DNA of 60,097 nucleotides, filler included, from 8 parts of 8 records of this genome joined end to end with filler, not necessarily neighbours in it, one strand, 5' to 3'. Shown: positions 32,020 to 43,822, numbered from the whole stretch's first letter. The notes: a model not told the origin generated them from the sequence alone. Numbers and translations are program-made.

Positions 32020-32047
32020 TTGATTATAAAAAAGGTGTAAAGGATAC

Positions 32048-33648
32048 ATGAAAAAACAGCCAAACATTCTATTCCTATCTACAGATCAGCATAGATATGA
32101 TTTTGTCGGCTGTAACGGGAATTCTGTTATCCAAACAAAAAATATTGATAATTTGGCATCTATGGGAACCAGGTATGCTAATGCATGCACACCTACACCT
32201 CTATGTGTTCCTGCACGAATGAGTTTAATTACGGGAAAAAGGATAGTAGAAACACAACGGGCGGCTAATACGATCCCTTCTGAAAATTGCCCTGAATGGC
32301 CGACAATAATGAGTATTCTTTCAAGAGAGAATTATTGGACACAGGGCATAGGTAAAATGCATTTTTTTGGTCGTCATTACGGATTTCGTGATTTGAAAAC
32401 CCAGGAAGAATGTGTTGAATACTGTAATAGTGATGACTATATAACCTATCTTAGGGAAAACAAGGTCAGAACCAGATATCCATTGGGATTTCGTGACCTG
32501 CTTGCTTATCAGCCGCAGGGAACGAGTATTCCAAGAGAACATTCTCCGATTTCCTGGGTTGGCAGAGAAGCCTGTACATTTCTTGACAACCACAAGAAAT
32601 ATCGAGAAGAACAGCCGTTTTTTCTCTGGGTATCCTGGATTGCCCCGCATTTACCCATGGCACCATGTCGACCTTTTAATAACATGTACTCATCCGATGA
32701 TATGAAACTTCCCGCGAATGCTGACAGACCGGAAGAATCATTAACCTGTTATATGAAAAAGCAGCGGCTTCGACTGGAAAATACCCATAAAGACCCAGCC
32801 AGGATAAAACGGCTGAAAGCGCTCTACTCCGGACAGGTTTCGCATGTCGATTATGAAATTGGAAATGTACTGGAAGCCTTAAAAACAAATGGATTTGATG
32901 AAGATACAATAATATTTTTTTTCTCGGATCATGGAGATATGCTGGGTGATCAAGGTCTTTCCAGAAAGGGGACACCCTATGAGGGGGCAATACATATTCC
33001 CTTAATAGTCAGGTGGAGAGGAAAGACCAGTGCCGGCTCAGTAGACGAAACACCTGTTGATTTAACAGATATTTTGCCAACTCTGTTAAAGGGCTTGGAG
33101 ATTCAGCATCGAACTGATGATCTCTGTGGTGATAATGTATTCGGGCCTTCGATTAAGAAACGGAAATATTCTTTTGTAGATTTCGGAGAAGGACCATCGC
33201 GCTGGGTTTGCCTGAGGAATAAAAATTATAAGTATATAAAATTTCTGGAAAATGGAAATGAAGAATTATATGATCTCCAAAAAGATCCTAATGAAAGCAA
33301 TAACCTTATAGGAGACGGGCTTAGTATTGAATCTGAGATTAGGGCAGATGCTATCAAGTTTGAAAAAAATACGGCTATTCGAACTCCCTCCAGGCAAATG
33401 ATTGGGTTGAATATGCAACCCCGAAAAACCAAACTATAAGTCCAATTGTGTTAAATCAGGATAAATGGCCCGAGAATCTACCAGAGGATGAGCAAGCTGA
33501 AATCGAAAGTTATTCTGAGGCTTTTGATATAGCAATTACAGCTGAACCGACAGTCACTCCCGATAAATTGTCGATTACGGCCTATAAAAAAGCCGGTGGA
33601 AATTCATTGATGGGAACTGCATGGGAGAAGGAGTGGATAGATGCCTGA
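32048..33648 (+). CDS. Sulfatase (formylglycine-dependent, Cys type), apparent frameshift near 33365
   Basis: PNILFLSTDQHR, CVPAR, GKMHF, SDHGDMLGD, ELYDL..DP.E. C-terminus in the 33448..33648 frame. Confidence 0.88.
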
Positions 33649-35044
33649 TAAAAAACCGAACATCCTTTGGATATGCACGGATCAGCAACGATACGATACT
33701 ATTGCAGCCCTTGGATATGATTATATGCATACTCCCAACCTGGATGCTCTGGTTCGGGAAGGAGTAGGATTTGACAATACCTATTGCCAAAGCACGGTTT
33801 GCACCCCTAGTAGAGCCAGCTTTTTAACGGGAATGTATCCAAGCAGTGTACATGGTTGTGTGAATGGAAACGACTACTGGTCAGGAAGATATCCATTGAT
33901 ATCAAAAATTCTCGCCGATAACGGGTATAATTGCGGCTTGGTCGGAAAACAGCATCTTTCATCTGCCCACAAGCGAGTTGAATCACGTAATGATGACGGA
34001 TATACAACGTTCATATGGAGTCATGGACCGCAAAACAGATGGGGAAATGGGAATGAATATACGGCATGGTTGAATGAACAAGATTTAGACCCGGATTTGG
34101 ATGTATATCCTGTTGAACATCATCATACTACCTGGTGTACGAAAAAGGCTCTTGAATTTATTGATGAACAACAGGAGGGCCCCTGGTTGCTTAATGTAAA
34201 CTATTTTGATCCACATATGCCATTTGATCCGCCATTGGAATACTTAAGGAGGTATTCTTCTGAGAATGTTCCAAAACCGCATTTTCGTGAAACTGATCTG
34301 GTTGAGCAGGGGAAACTAAAAAAAGTTGATTTCCAAACATCAGCAAAGAATCCGGATGAATTTGATATTAAAGAGAAACGAGCCGCGTATTTTGCAATGA
34401 TAGAGCTGATTGATAGTAATGTTGGATTGTTGATCAAGGCCTTGGAGGAAAAGAGTATAAAACGTGACACGATTATCATGTTTATGAGTGACCACGGAGA
34501 AATGCTTGGGGATCATGGATTGCTGCTTAAGGGATGTCGTTTTTATGATGGGCTGGCAAAGGTGCCTTTTATTATGTCCTATCCCCCAGCGATCAACAAC
34601 ATAGAGAAATCCAATGTTCTGGTGGAATTAATTGATGTAGTACCAACATTACTGGAGTTATGCAGCATCCCTGTTCCGGAATATCTGCAGGGAAAAAGTT
34701 TGGTTTCATACCTTCAAGGGGAATGTGATACTCATCGCACATATATTCGTTCGGAATATTATGCCGCCCTGAATATTAATTTGCCGCATGTTTCTGCGTT
34801 GATTGATAGAGATGAACGAACGCAATCCTACTCTACTATGATACGGGACAATCAATTTAAGTTAATAGTGCATCATGGGCAAGAACGAGGAGAGCTGTAT
34901 AACATGATTGATGATCCTGAAGAATATAATAATCTCTGGGATGAAAATACAGTTATTGATGTAAAAATGCGATTACTCAAAGAAAGCTTTGACGCATTGG
35001 CTTTCAGTGTGGATTTAGGTCCTGAACAGGTGAATTTGTATTAA
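33641..35044 (+). CDS. Sulfatase (formylglycine-dependent, Cys type)
   Basis: PNILWICTDQQR, CTPSRASFLTG, GKQHL, DPH.PFDPP, SDHGEMLGDH. Confidence 0.92.
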   Translation: MPDKKPNILWICTDQQRYDTIAALGYDYMHTPNLDALVREGVGFDNTYCQSTVCTPSRASFLTGMYPSSVHGCVNGNDYWSGRYPLISKILADNGYNCGLVGKQHLSSAHKRVESRNDDGYTTFIWSHGPQNRWGNGNEYTAWLNEQDLDPDLDVYPVEHHHTTWCTKKALEFIDEQQEGPWLLNVNYFDPHMPFDPPLEYLRRYSSENVPKPHFRETDLVEQGKLKKVDFQTSAKNPDEFDIKEKRAAYFAMIELIDSNVGLLIKALEEKSIKRDTIIMFMSDHGEMLGDHGLLLKGCRFYDGLAKVPFIMSYPPAINNIEKSNVLVELIDVVPTLLELCSIPVPEYLQGKSLVSYLQGECDTHRTYIRSEYYAALNINLPHVSALIDRDERTQSYSTMIRDNQFKLIVHHGQERGELYNMIDDPEEYNNLWDENTVIDVKMRLLKESFDALAFSVDLGPEQVNLY

Positions 35045-35049
35045 TAATC

Positions 35050-35091
35050 ATCTGCAGTGAAATATCTTTCAAAAACTAGTTCACTGCAGAT
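35050..35091. repeat. Perfect 12-bp intergenic inverted repeat
   Basis: ATCTGCAGTGAA (35050-35061) / TTCACTGCAGAT (35080-35091). Confidence 0.8.
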
Positions 35092-35165
35092 TGGATGTTG
35101 AGATTTTTCTGGTTATTTGTGAGAAGTAATGGGAAAGGAAATTTTTGTAAGTCTGGAGAGAAATT

Positions 35166-35993
35166 ATGACTGGTTATGAATTGAAAAAAACAATTTCCAC
35201 AAACGGCAAGGTTTTTGGAACCCTTGTTACATCCACATCCCCAAGTTTTTTTGAGGCTACTCTGAATATTGGGTATGATTTTGTTTTTATTGATATGGAA
35301 CATATCACCTATAACGATAATAGCATGAGTTGGATGTGTAAGGCTTTCAAGGCGGCAGGGATAGTTCCAATCGTCAGGATTCTTGCCCCAGACCCATATT
35401 TGGCTTCAAAAGCGGTTGATTTAGGTGCTGTGGGGATATTAGCTCCTTATGTCGAAACAATGGCAGAGGTGGAAAGTCTTGTAGGTGCTATAAAATATAA
35501 ACCTTTGAAAGGGAAAAAACTTGCATCCATATTGCAGGGGGAAGAAGCTCTTAACGAAAAGGTGAAAGCAAAACTCGAGATACTTAATAAAGACCGTATT
35601 TTGCTATTGAATATTGAAAGTCCTGAAGGTGTATCTAATCTTGATTCATTTTTATCCTGCAATGGTGTCGATGGTATAGTTATTGGACCGCATGACCTGT
35701 CGTATTCATTTGATATGCCGGATGAGTTTGAAAACCCTGATTATTTGAAAGTTGTTTCATCTATTATTAAACGTACACGATCAGCTGGTCGTGGTGCAGG
35801 GTGTCATACAGGTTTTTCTGATAGTGTTGGTATTCAAAGTAAGTGTGTTGCATATGGAGCCAATATAGTTCTCCATGGAGCAGATGTTATTTTCTATTCA
35901 GAAAAAGCTAAACTGGATCTAAATATCCTAAAAACGGAATCCAATAGCGAAGTACCAAGCAACAATACAGATGAACATAAATTAATATTCTGA
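35166..35993 (+). CDS. HpcH/HpaI aldolase family protein
   Basis: DFVFIDMEH, GILAPYVET, NIES.EGV, IGPHDLS. Confidence 0.88.
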   Translation: MTGYELKKTISTNGKVFGTLVTSTSPSFFEATLNIGYDFVFIDMEHITYNDNSMSWMCKAFKAAGIVPIVRILAPDPYLASKAVDLGAVGILAPYVETMAEVESLVGAIKYKPLKGKKLASILQGEEALNEKVKAKLEILNKDRILLLNIESPEGVSNLDSFLSCNGVDGIVIGPHDLSYSFDMPDEFENPDYLKVVSSIIKRTRSAGRGAGCHTGFSDSVGIQSKCVAYGANIVLHGADVIFYSEKAKLDLNILKTESNSEVPSNNTDEHKLIF

Positions 35994-36015
35994 AAGGTTG
36001 CTATAGCGAATTTCA

Positions 36016-36801
36016 TCACCCCGGCGTATCAAGCCCGTAATATGGTCTCCTTTGCTGCCGATAGGTACTTGGGGAGATACCGTGCAATTTTTTGAATGAT
36101 CGTGAAAAGCTCTCCGGGGTGGAGAATCCGCACGTCCGCCCGACGTCACCGATTGCGGAATCGGAAGTTGCCAGCATCAATTTTGCGTGCTGCATCTTTT
36201 TATCAAGCAGATACTGATACGGAGTAGTCTGCAGTTTGGCGTGAAACTGCTGGTGCAGGTAGGAAACACTGATTCCCACAGCTTCTGCCAGAGAGTTCAC
36301 CGTAACCTCAGCGATGGGATGCTGTTCCAGATATGCATTCAGGGCAGATTCCAGAGAGGAGTGTCGAACGGTTTGCTCCTGCTCAATATACTGATGCGCA
36401 TGCGCTTTCCAACGCAGCGTGTTGTAGCAGTACTCCCCGAAAACTGACTGCAGATTATCCCGTGTATTGAATGTGGTTAGCGCTTCCTGTGTAAATTTTA
36501 CTACTTCAACCGGTTCACTCCAGTGGCTGTATCTTGGGACAGGTCTGATCCCGGCTTCCTGAATCTTGAACAGGAAAGTGATGCAGTTATAGGGATCCCT
36601 GACATTATTGCGGTGTACGGTATGCTCTCCCGGTATATGCCAGAGTATGGATCCGCAGTGACATATGTTTTCACGACCATCCCATGCAAAGACAGCCTCG
36701 CCTCCGGTAATAACCTCGACAAGCTGATGTCCCGCGGGAATTATGCGTGGATGAACATACCTGGGAGGTGCCTGATACCAGCCTATATGAATCAATTCCA
36801 T
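36016..36801 (-). CDS. AraC-family transcriptional regulator
   Basis: C-terminal LAEAVGISVSYL...CGFSTPESFSRSFKKLHGISPSTYR. AGGAG RBS before ATG 36801. Confidence 0.9.
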   Translation of the reverse strand: MELIHIGWYQAPPRYVHPRIIPAGHQLVEVITGGEAVFAWDGRENICHCGSILWHIPGEHTVHRNNVRDPYNCITFLFKIQEAGIRPVPRYSHWSEPVEVVKFTQEALTTFNTRDNLQSVFGEYCYNTLRWKAHAHQYIEQEQTVRHSSLESALNAYLEQHPIAEVTVNSLAEAVGISVSYLHQQFHAKLQTTPYQYLLDKKMQHAKLMLATSDSAIGDVGRTCGFSTPESFSRSFKKLHGISPSTYRQQRRPYYGLDTPG

Positions 36802-36960
36802 CAGTCTCGAACTCCTGTATACTATTAGACAGGAAATTGTAGAAATTATCAATGAGAATTNNNNNNNNNNNNNNNNNNNNNNNNNNNNNNNNNNNNNNNN
36901 NNNNTTAATTAATTAANNNNNNNNNNNNNNNNNNNNNNNNNNNNNNNNNNNNNNNNNNNN

Positions 36961-37104
36961 TCCTATTACACTGTCAAGCTTTTCCTTGCTTAACGGTGAA
37001 AGGTTAAGACTCTCCACCGTATAGCTTACGCTGTCTTGTATACCCTGAGAAGTGTTTAATAATGTTCCATCCAAATCAAAGATTACGTAATTATATTTTC
37101 CCAA
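36961..37104 (-). CDS. HAD-family phosphatase, N-terminal fragment
   Basis: VIFDLDGTLLNT. Truncated by the contig end. Confidence 0.8.
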
Positions 37105-37113
37105 TTTTATTTC

Positions 37114-38712
37114 CTAACCATTATACAAGCTGTCTGTTACAAAGTTCAGTGTTAATTTATCGCTTATATTCTTTATTTCGTTCTTAATTATTTCATTCAA
37201 TGTATGTGGAGGTATTTCCTGTTTGAAACTTAAGTAATTGCCTGCATAGTTTTTATCTTCCTGATATGAATATCCATCAAATCCGGCAATATTTACATCT
37301 GTTATGCCTAGTTTTACAAGCAGATTAAACATTATGATTGATGCATTTGTGCTTACGCTTTCATTTTTGCATAAAATTGAGTTGAAGCTAAACATGTAAT
37401 CATAGTTATTATCAACCTCTTGAATGTTAGATGTCAAAATAACACTGGGTTTTATATACAAACCCTGCAGTGAAGCAAACACCTGCTCATATCTTTTGGA
37501 GTTACTTGCAAAAATATAGTCTGTTTTGAAATTATTATTAACATGGTTCAAACTAATTACTGTGCAGTTTTCATCTTCAATAAATTTGTTTATTTTATCA
37601 GCCTCAGTTTCCAAAGATTTACCCGGGCACATCAGCAATATTTTCTTATTTTCTAAATCTTCTTTTAGTTTTTTAATTGAATCAGAATCATCAATATCAT
37701 TATCCAAATAATCGTTGTACAATTTTACAATTTCACTTTCAACGTAAGTGGTTTTATTCGGGCAACTAATCCTTTGAAGTATTTCGTTGATTGATTTCAT
37801 TGTAAGTGTATTTTTAGATGTTAAGAAGTTAACATACTTAGGGTGACACTTGTTTGAAGCTGATACGAAATGACATAATTCATAGCCCCAGTTTTTCTGT
37901 TTTTTGATAGGGATAATGTTCATACTAATTGCTTCTAAAAACTGAGAAACATCATACTCTTTACCGTGGTTAGTATTTAAGTAACTACACAACAATTCTG
38001 TGGCTCCGTTTCCTGCATTTTTACCCATTCCATATAAAGTAGAGTCAACAATCAAACGTCTGCTGTTATTAAAATCTATCAATTCAGCTGCATTAGCGTT
38101 AGCTGCATTAAAGTTGTTATGAGCATGATAGCCAATCCAGACTTTCTCATCTAAATTTTCCTCAAAAATACTAAAATATTTGAACAGTTCTTTTTTGGAT
38201 ACTAATCCATATGTATCAACAATGTAAACAGCATACGGCTCAAGTGCATTAGCTCTTGTTAGCATCTTTGCCAGTTCTTCTGTAGTATAGTCAGTAATTG
38301 ATGCAGGCTGTATGAATACTTTGTAGCCCTTTTCCTTTACCCCTTTCGCATATTCTAGACCTCTGTCAACATCAATATTTTTGAATACAACTCTAATTCC
38401 GTCCATCATAGAATCTTTACAATCGCAAATATTTTCTATAGGACAGTCTCCTAAAATAATCATACCTACTTTCATTACACTGTCAGGTAAATCGCTGTGT
38501 TTATATAGATCATTAAAATATGACGAATGAGGAACGAGGGTGCAGTCATTGCTGTACTCTCTTTTGTTGTTTAGCATTCCAAGCTCCAATATTTCCACGC
38601 CGGATGCAACTAATTTTTTGGATATATTCAAAATGGCATCTTGACCAAAAGTCCAGTCATTAACAAATCCTCCATCACGCAATGTGCAGTCTAACACTTG
38701 TATTTTTGACAT
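37114..38712 (-). CDS. DRE-TIM (HMGL-like) aldolase catalytic-domain protein with C-terminal extension
   Basis: VLDCTLRDGG, YIVDTYG, GYHAHNN, GMGKNAGN. Confidence 0.8.
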   Translation of the reverse strand: MSKIQVLDCTLRDGGFVNDWTFGQDAILNISKKLVASGVEILELGMLNNKREYSNDCTLVPHSSYFNDLYKHSDLPDSVMKVGMIILGDCPIENICDCKDSMMDGIRVVFKNIDVDRGLEYAKGVKEKGYKVFIQPASITDYTTEELAKMLTRANALEPYAVYIVDTYGLVSKKELFKYFSIFEENLDEKVWIGYHAHNNFNAANANAAELIDFNNSRRLIVDSTLYGMGKNAGNGATELLCSYLNTNHGKEYDVSQFLEAISMNIIPIKKQKNWGYELCHFVSASNKCHPKYVNFLTSKNTLTMKSINEILQRISCPNKTTYVESEIVKLYNDYLDNDIDDSDSIKKLKEDLENKKILLMCPGKSLETEADKINKFIEDENCTVISLNHVNNNFKTDYIFASNSKRYEQVFASLQGLYIKPSVILTSNIQEVDNNYDYMFSFNSILCKNESVSTNASIIMFNLLVKLGITDVNIAGFDGYSYQEDKNYAGNYLSFKQEIPPHTLNEIIKNEIKNISDKLTLNFVTDSLYNG

Positions 38713-38825
38713 TTTATCTAATTCCCTTTCTTGAGTACACATTTAAATAGCACTCCCACTTATTATATATTAACAGAAAAAAATGCAACTAATTTATTAG
38801 GGTTTATGTCAAAAAAGGTTATATT

Positions 38826-40199
38826 TTATAATTTATTAATTTTAAACCAAATTACTTTTAATGTATTCCAAATTCTCATATTTAAAACAAATAAAATCTT
38901 CAGAAACCCCTTCGGCAAAACCGCTATGGCTCCATGTATCCAATGCACTTTTCTGTTTTTATTATTTTTTTTAAGCTTTAAAAGTTTCGCGGACTGACCT
39001 GTTAATCCATAATCTTTCAAATCACTGTAAACTAAATCCGCAACTAATGATATTTGATGCTTATTGGAGCTATCATCGCTAAAAGCAATTGCACCGTAAC
39101 AACGTGCATCGTCAGCACTTGGTGAAACCATAAAAGCACGCAAAAGCTTATAAAGCAAGTTCGTATAATCTGCCTTTGAAAACACACTGCAGTCGTAGTT
39201 TTCCACCAAACAATAAGTGAACAGCTTTATTGTCTTTATTTGATAAGCTATTAAATTGTTTTCTTTATATTTCTCGAGTATAGGTGCATAGCGGCCATTT
39301 TCACTTTCATATCCGGTTGTCATACCGTGATTGGCGCTGCAAAAACACTCAAAAACATTATTATTGAAGAAAACTTTCCTTCGACTGTACAAATTATTTT
39401 TTAAATAATACGTGTAAAAATCACCGTCTTCAAATCCGGTATCGTTAATAATTCCAAAATAGAATCCTGCCATGGACACTTTGCTATCATTTGCTTTCTC
39501 AATAATTTTGCGTAGGCTTTTCTGAATAGTTCCCTTCCATCCCACATCTACTACTGCTGCATTTGAAAAATCTAAAACGCCTTCGTTTTCAAGATAACCT
39601 ATGCAGTTTTGATACTCCGACTTCGCATAATTATGTATCACTTCCCTACAGTTTGCGCTATTTAGTATAGAACTTTTTATTTCCTCAAAGTCATGTTCAC
39701 TCAACCTTTCAGTTAATTTTTCTTTAGAAAGTTTTAAAGTGTCCGCAATTTTATCAACTGATTCTTTTGGGAATTGTATTCTGTCAAAAATGTTATAGAA
39801 ACTTAAGTTGTCATTATACTCAAACAAATAATCATATGCTAAATCTTCATCTGCAAAAATCAGTGCTTTTCTCAATGACATTCTTGAACAGTAAATATAT
39901 TTACATTCTATATCATATCCCATTTGCTGAATTAATATATTTGCAATTTCGCATAATATATACCCATCTCTCGCTAAAAAATAAAGTTTCTTAATATTTT
40001 GTTTTTGGGCATTATGAATAATCCACAAAACATAGCTTACCAAGACAGGAGATACGACACAGAACAAAACATTATTATAATGCATAGAAACAGGCATATC
40101 ACTAATTTGAGTACTCATCATGTTCAGAGCAGTTTGATATAGGGCACCGCTTTTATCATACCTTTTCAGCAAATTTAAATATTTTCTGTTCCAATTCAT
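38826..40199 (-). CDS. Polysaccharide-locus protein, HAD-associated (FLARDG / VDVGWKGTIQ family)
   Basis: LYFLARDGYI, YCSRMSL, VVDVGWKGTIQ motifs. Confidence 0.6.
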   Translation of the reverse strand: MNWNRKYLNLLKRYDKSGALYQTALNMMSTQISDMPVSMHYNNVLFCVVSPVLVSYVLWIIHNAQKQNIKKLYFLARDGYILCEIANILIQQMGYDIECKYIYCSRMSLRKALIFADEDLAYDYLFEYNDNLSFYNIFDRIQFPKESVDKIADTLKLSKEKLTERLSEHDFEEIKSSILNSANCREVIHNYAKSEYQNCIGYLENEGVLDFSNAAVVDVGWKGTIQKSLRKIIEKANDSKVSMAGFYFGIINDTGFEDGDFYTYYLKNNLYSRRKVFFNNNVFECFCSANHGMTTGYESENGRYAPILEKYKENNLIAYQIKTIKLFTYCLVENYDCSVFSKADYTNLLYKLLRAFMVSPSADDARCYGAIAFSDDSSNKHQISLVADLVYSDLKDYGLTGQSAKLLKLKKNNKNRKVHWIHGAIAVLPKGFLKILFVLNMRIWNTLKVIWFKINKL

Positions 40200-41197
40200 T
40201 TTTTCTTCACCAATCCTGACAGCTTTTTCATTATAGATAGCATTTTAATTGCAATTTCAAATCCGAAAACATTAAATAACAAGTAAATAATACGACTTTT
40301 TGTTGTATTAACATCTTTGAATAACAAAAGGCTGCTTTTATTTTCATCAATCAGTTTTTCCCTAACTTCTCGCGGAGCATCTATCAACTGACACATTGTG
40401 TAATAGTATTGAGCCGCCAGTTCATCAAACAATTCAGTTTTTATTGAACCTATTTCATTTATATGGTTGCTTACATACTCATGAGAAACATTGATATTAC
40501 TAAATGTATCTTCAAATCTTTTTGTATTAAACGAAGACATAATAGAACCGCTTCTGTTTTTTCTGTATCTGTATCCAGGTTGTTCTATTTTTGTTATATT
40601 AGGTGCAGCGCAATACATCCGAGTGCACCAATCGATATCTTCGCAGTAGATATTTGGTCTAAAATGCAGTGAGTTATCCAAATAGAACTGCCTCTCTATT
40701 ACATACCTCCATACATTACTCAAAGGATTTGGTATATCCTTCAAATAAAGCTGATTGTTTTCAATGCTCTTATTAACCTCGTAAACTTTTATTAGCTCAT
40801 CTTCTTCAGATATTATCTCATAATCAAATGTAATTAATTCAAATTGATTTAAGCTTTGATTTATTTTGGCTAATAATGATTTAATGGCACCAGATGCAAC
40901 TACATCATCACTGTCTACAAAGAAAATGTATTCTCCTGAACTGTTTCTGACGCCGGTATTCCGCGCTTCTGAAAGCCCCATATTTTTTTGAACTATTCTT
41001 TTAATATTAAGATCACTATGTTTATTTATCAGTGTATCAATAAATTCCATGCTATCATCAGTTGAACCGTCATTAACAATAATAAGCTCAACATCCTTAG
41101 TCATCTCAAAAACTAGCTTTCCCAATGAACATTCAAGATATTTGCGCGTATTATAGACAGGTACGATTATTGATAATAAAATCTCATTGTTTTTCAA
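40196..41197 (-). CDS. Glycosyltransferase family 2
   Basis: SIIVPVYN, VNDGSTD, GLSEARN, FVDSDD, CEDIDW. Likely TTG start at 41197. Confidence 0.92.
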   Translation of the reverse strand: MKNNEILLSIIVPVYNTRKYLECSLGKLVFEMTKDVELIIVNDGSTDDSMEFIDTLINKHSDLNIKRIVQKNMGLSEARNTGVRNSSGEYIFFVDSDDVVASGAIKSLLAKINQSLNQFELITFDYEIISEEDELIKVYEVNKSIENNQLYLKDIPNPLSNVWRYVIERQFYLDNSLHFRPNIYCEDIDWCTRMYCAAPNITKIEQPGYRYRKNRSGSIMSSFNTKRFEDTFSNINVSHEYVSNHINEIGSIKTELFDELAAQYYYTMCQLIDAPREVREKLIDENKSSLLLFKDVNTTKSRIIYLLFNVFGFEIAIKMLSIMKKLSGLVKKK

Positions 41198-41294
41198 GTA
41201 TAAAACCCCTTCGTATTTTAGATAATTTTTATAAATCTTGAAGATAAGTAAAATATCTGCGTCAATATCCATTTAAATTTCTAAATTCTATATA

Positions 41295-42478
41295 TTATTT
41301 TCTTTTTATCTTATTTTTAATCTTTTTCAAAAAACGTATTAAAAGGTTGTTTGAGTTTTCGGAAAGTTCCCGTTTTAACTTTTTGTTTTCTTTAGTTAGC
41401 TCTTTTATCCTAATTTTGTATTTCTCAATATCGTCTGTTTTTTTATCAACAAGCTTTGCAAATTCATTGACCACTTCGACATAAAATTCAGTAGAAATGT
41501 TTGATGTATTATTAGTGTAGTTTTCTTTATGATGATATTCAAACGGATCAAATTTATAATCATCATCAAAAAACTGATTTACCCACTCTATTTCATCATT
41601 CAAACGATTTAAATTCTCTTCAGAGATATATGCGTTATGATAGAATTTTTCGTCGTTTTGAACTCTGAATATGCCAAAAGGCAAACTTCTTTTAAAAAGT
41701 CCTCTATTTTTATTTAGTTCTCCATCCTGCAAACATGGATATTTTTTATTGAACTCTACTAAAAAATTTACACCATTATGACCTAATGAGGTGTTGGAGA
41801 TTGATTTCGATTCAACTTTTGCATTCATATCTAACCCAAGTATATCGTAAAAATCATTCAAAATATTTCCATTTTTAAAATTTACTCTATCATACGGTCT
41901 AACAATAACACTTTCTCTGCCAAAAACATCTATCCATTTTTCCAAAAAACGATAATATAATATAAACCATTCCGACTCCATCAAACTATCAACTTGCTCT
42001 TGTATAGAATAGGCATTATAGCACGCTTTAATTTGTTGCTGCGTAATGGAACTGATAAATGTATCATAATGTCTAACATATGCTATTATACTAAATTCAT
42101 CAAAATATTGTGACAAATATTCCTTTAAGCTCTGTACCTCATCTCGATTCATTAGACTCATTATCTCTGCGCTGATTAAAAAGTTAGACAACTTATTAGA
42201 TTCAAACATTGAAGTCCAAATTTCTTTATATCTGCTGACTTGATTTTTTAATGATTTCCCTTTTTCAATATCCCGTTTTATAAAAATTGGTATATTCAAG
42301 TCAGACAATTGATTGTAAGTTGAAAAAAACATCCAGAAAGTCTTGCCATGATTGTAAGGCTTTAGATACGGATAATAAATTCCATTTTTTTTAATTCATC
42401 TCTCGAATCGTAAAGGCTACGTTGAATAACAGATGTACCCGTCTTGCCTTGACCGATATGTAATATTGCTCTTTTCAA
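41295..42478 (-). CDS. Sulfotransferase-like P-loop protein (frameshift near 42385-42392)
   Basis: TTG start with AAGGA RBS gives MKRAILHIGQGKTGTSVIQ. Later ISAE, IIAYVR and W..VFG motifs, and a C-terminal coiled coil. Confidence 0.6.
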
Positions 42479-42499
42479 ATTCCTTATCCTTAGATTATT

Positions 42500-43792
42500 T
42501 TATTCTTTATACAAATATCCTTGGTTCATTGCATGACACGCTTTGCATACCTCGGGTAATTCTTCTTGAGGTGTATCAGGCATCATTATTTTTCGCTGCT
42601 TAATATATTTTTCTCCATGCCATATATCCTTTAAGTTCTCTTTCAAAATATTGCCCATTACTATTTCACAGGTAGAGTCCCAATGACAACGTATTATTTC
42701 TCCATTTGACCTTATAGTAGCCTGTCTAAATACCCTTTTACACACCTTTTTCTTGAACTCAGAATACACCTTTACATTATTTTTTTCTAAAGTTTCTTGG
42801 GATAATTGCGGAAAGTAAAAAGCTCTGTGTGTGTCAATACCGATAAATCCAAAATCATTTAATAGAAACTCCGGAATGCTCTGGTTTTCGCTTTTAGTAT
42901 CTACTAATAAATTATGAATTTTTACTCGGAAGTTGCTCTTGCCTGCAATTTTTTTCAAGAAATAATATGCATTCTTTTTTACTAATTCATAATCTGAGCC
43001 TGCCCTGTAAAAATTGTTTTCTTCAAGAGTATTGCCGTCTATTGAAAAAAAGATTTTGAAATTCAATGGGATTTCTGCAAGTCTATCTGCAATATCTTCT
43101 GTCAGCAACATAACATTTGTGAATAACCAAATATTTTTAATATTCGTTTCATTAACAATTCTCCAGCATACATCAGTGAAGTTACGATTAGTAAACGGCT
43201 CTCCAAGACCATTTAACTGAATAGTATTAATAGATGGCATTTGATTAATATCGTTCAGTGCTTTAGTTAAAACCTCATCACTTATTACACTTCTTTCGAT
43301 TCTTTCATAGTTATTACTTACAACACAATATTGACACCTTAAATTACACAAACTAGATGTTTCGATATGTACCATTCTAAGTCCGGGCTTGAATCCGCAT
43401 TCTCTTTGTTTATTAACAAATTCATCTTCATTTTCGTTTACGGTAATCCCATTTTTAGTCCCAATAAATGATGTAAACTCCTTGGGCATTATATCAGTAA
43501 TATTTATTTTTATTCTTTCTTTTTTTACTTCTCTACCATCAGAATTATACATTTTTAAAGTAACAAAGGTGTTAAAAATTTTTTTTTGCAGAACCTTTAC
43601 AAACACATAGTTTGTAATATTGCTGTTAGGTTTCTTTTTATAACCATGTGCGTACATATTTATCAATGCATCACCTAAATACTGCCCCCCAATTGAAACA
43701 GAAACTTTTGTAATTTTATCGTTAATTAATCCTCTAACTTTCAAAAAATTAGTTGATTTACAATAGTAGCATTCCATATTTTTCGAATACAT
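42500..43792 (-). CDS. Radical SAM/SPASM-domain protein
   Basis: CNLRCQYC, GLGEP, and C-terminal C...IRCHWD...GNI...CKACH. Confidence 0.88.
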   Translation of the reverse strand: MYSKNMECYYCKSTNFLKVRGLINDKITKVSVSIGGQYLGDALINMYAHGYKKKPNSNITNYVFVKVLQKKIFNTFVTLKMYNSDGREVKKERIKINITDIMPKEFTSFIGTKNGITVNENEDEFVNKQRECGFKPGLRMVHIETSSLCNLRCQYCVVSNNYERIERSVISDEVLTKALNDINQMPSINTIQLNGLGEPFTNRNFTDVCWRIVNETNIKNIWLFTNVMLLTEDIADRLAEIPLNFKIFFSIDGNTLEENNFYRAGSDYELVKKNAYYFLKKIAGKSNFRVKIHNLLVDTKSENQSIPEFLLNDFGFIGIDTHRAFYFPQLSQETLEKNNVKVYSEFKKKVCKRVFRQATIRSNGEIIRCHWDSTCEIVMGNILKENLKDIWHGEKYIKQRKIMMPDTPQEELPEVCKACHAMNQGYLYKE

Positions 43793-43822
43793 CTCTCTCT
43801 CCTTCTAACCTTTAAATCTATA

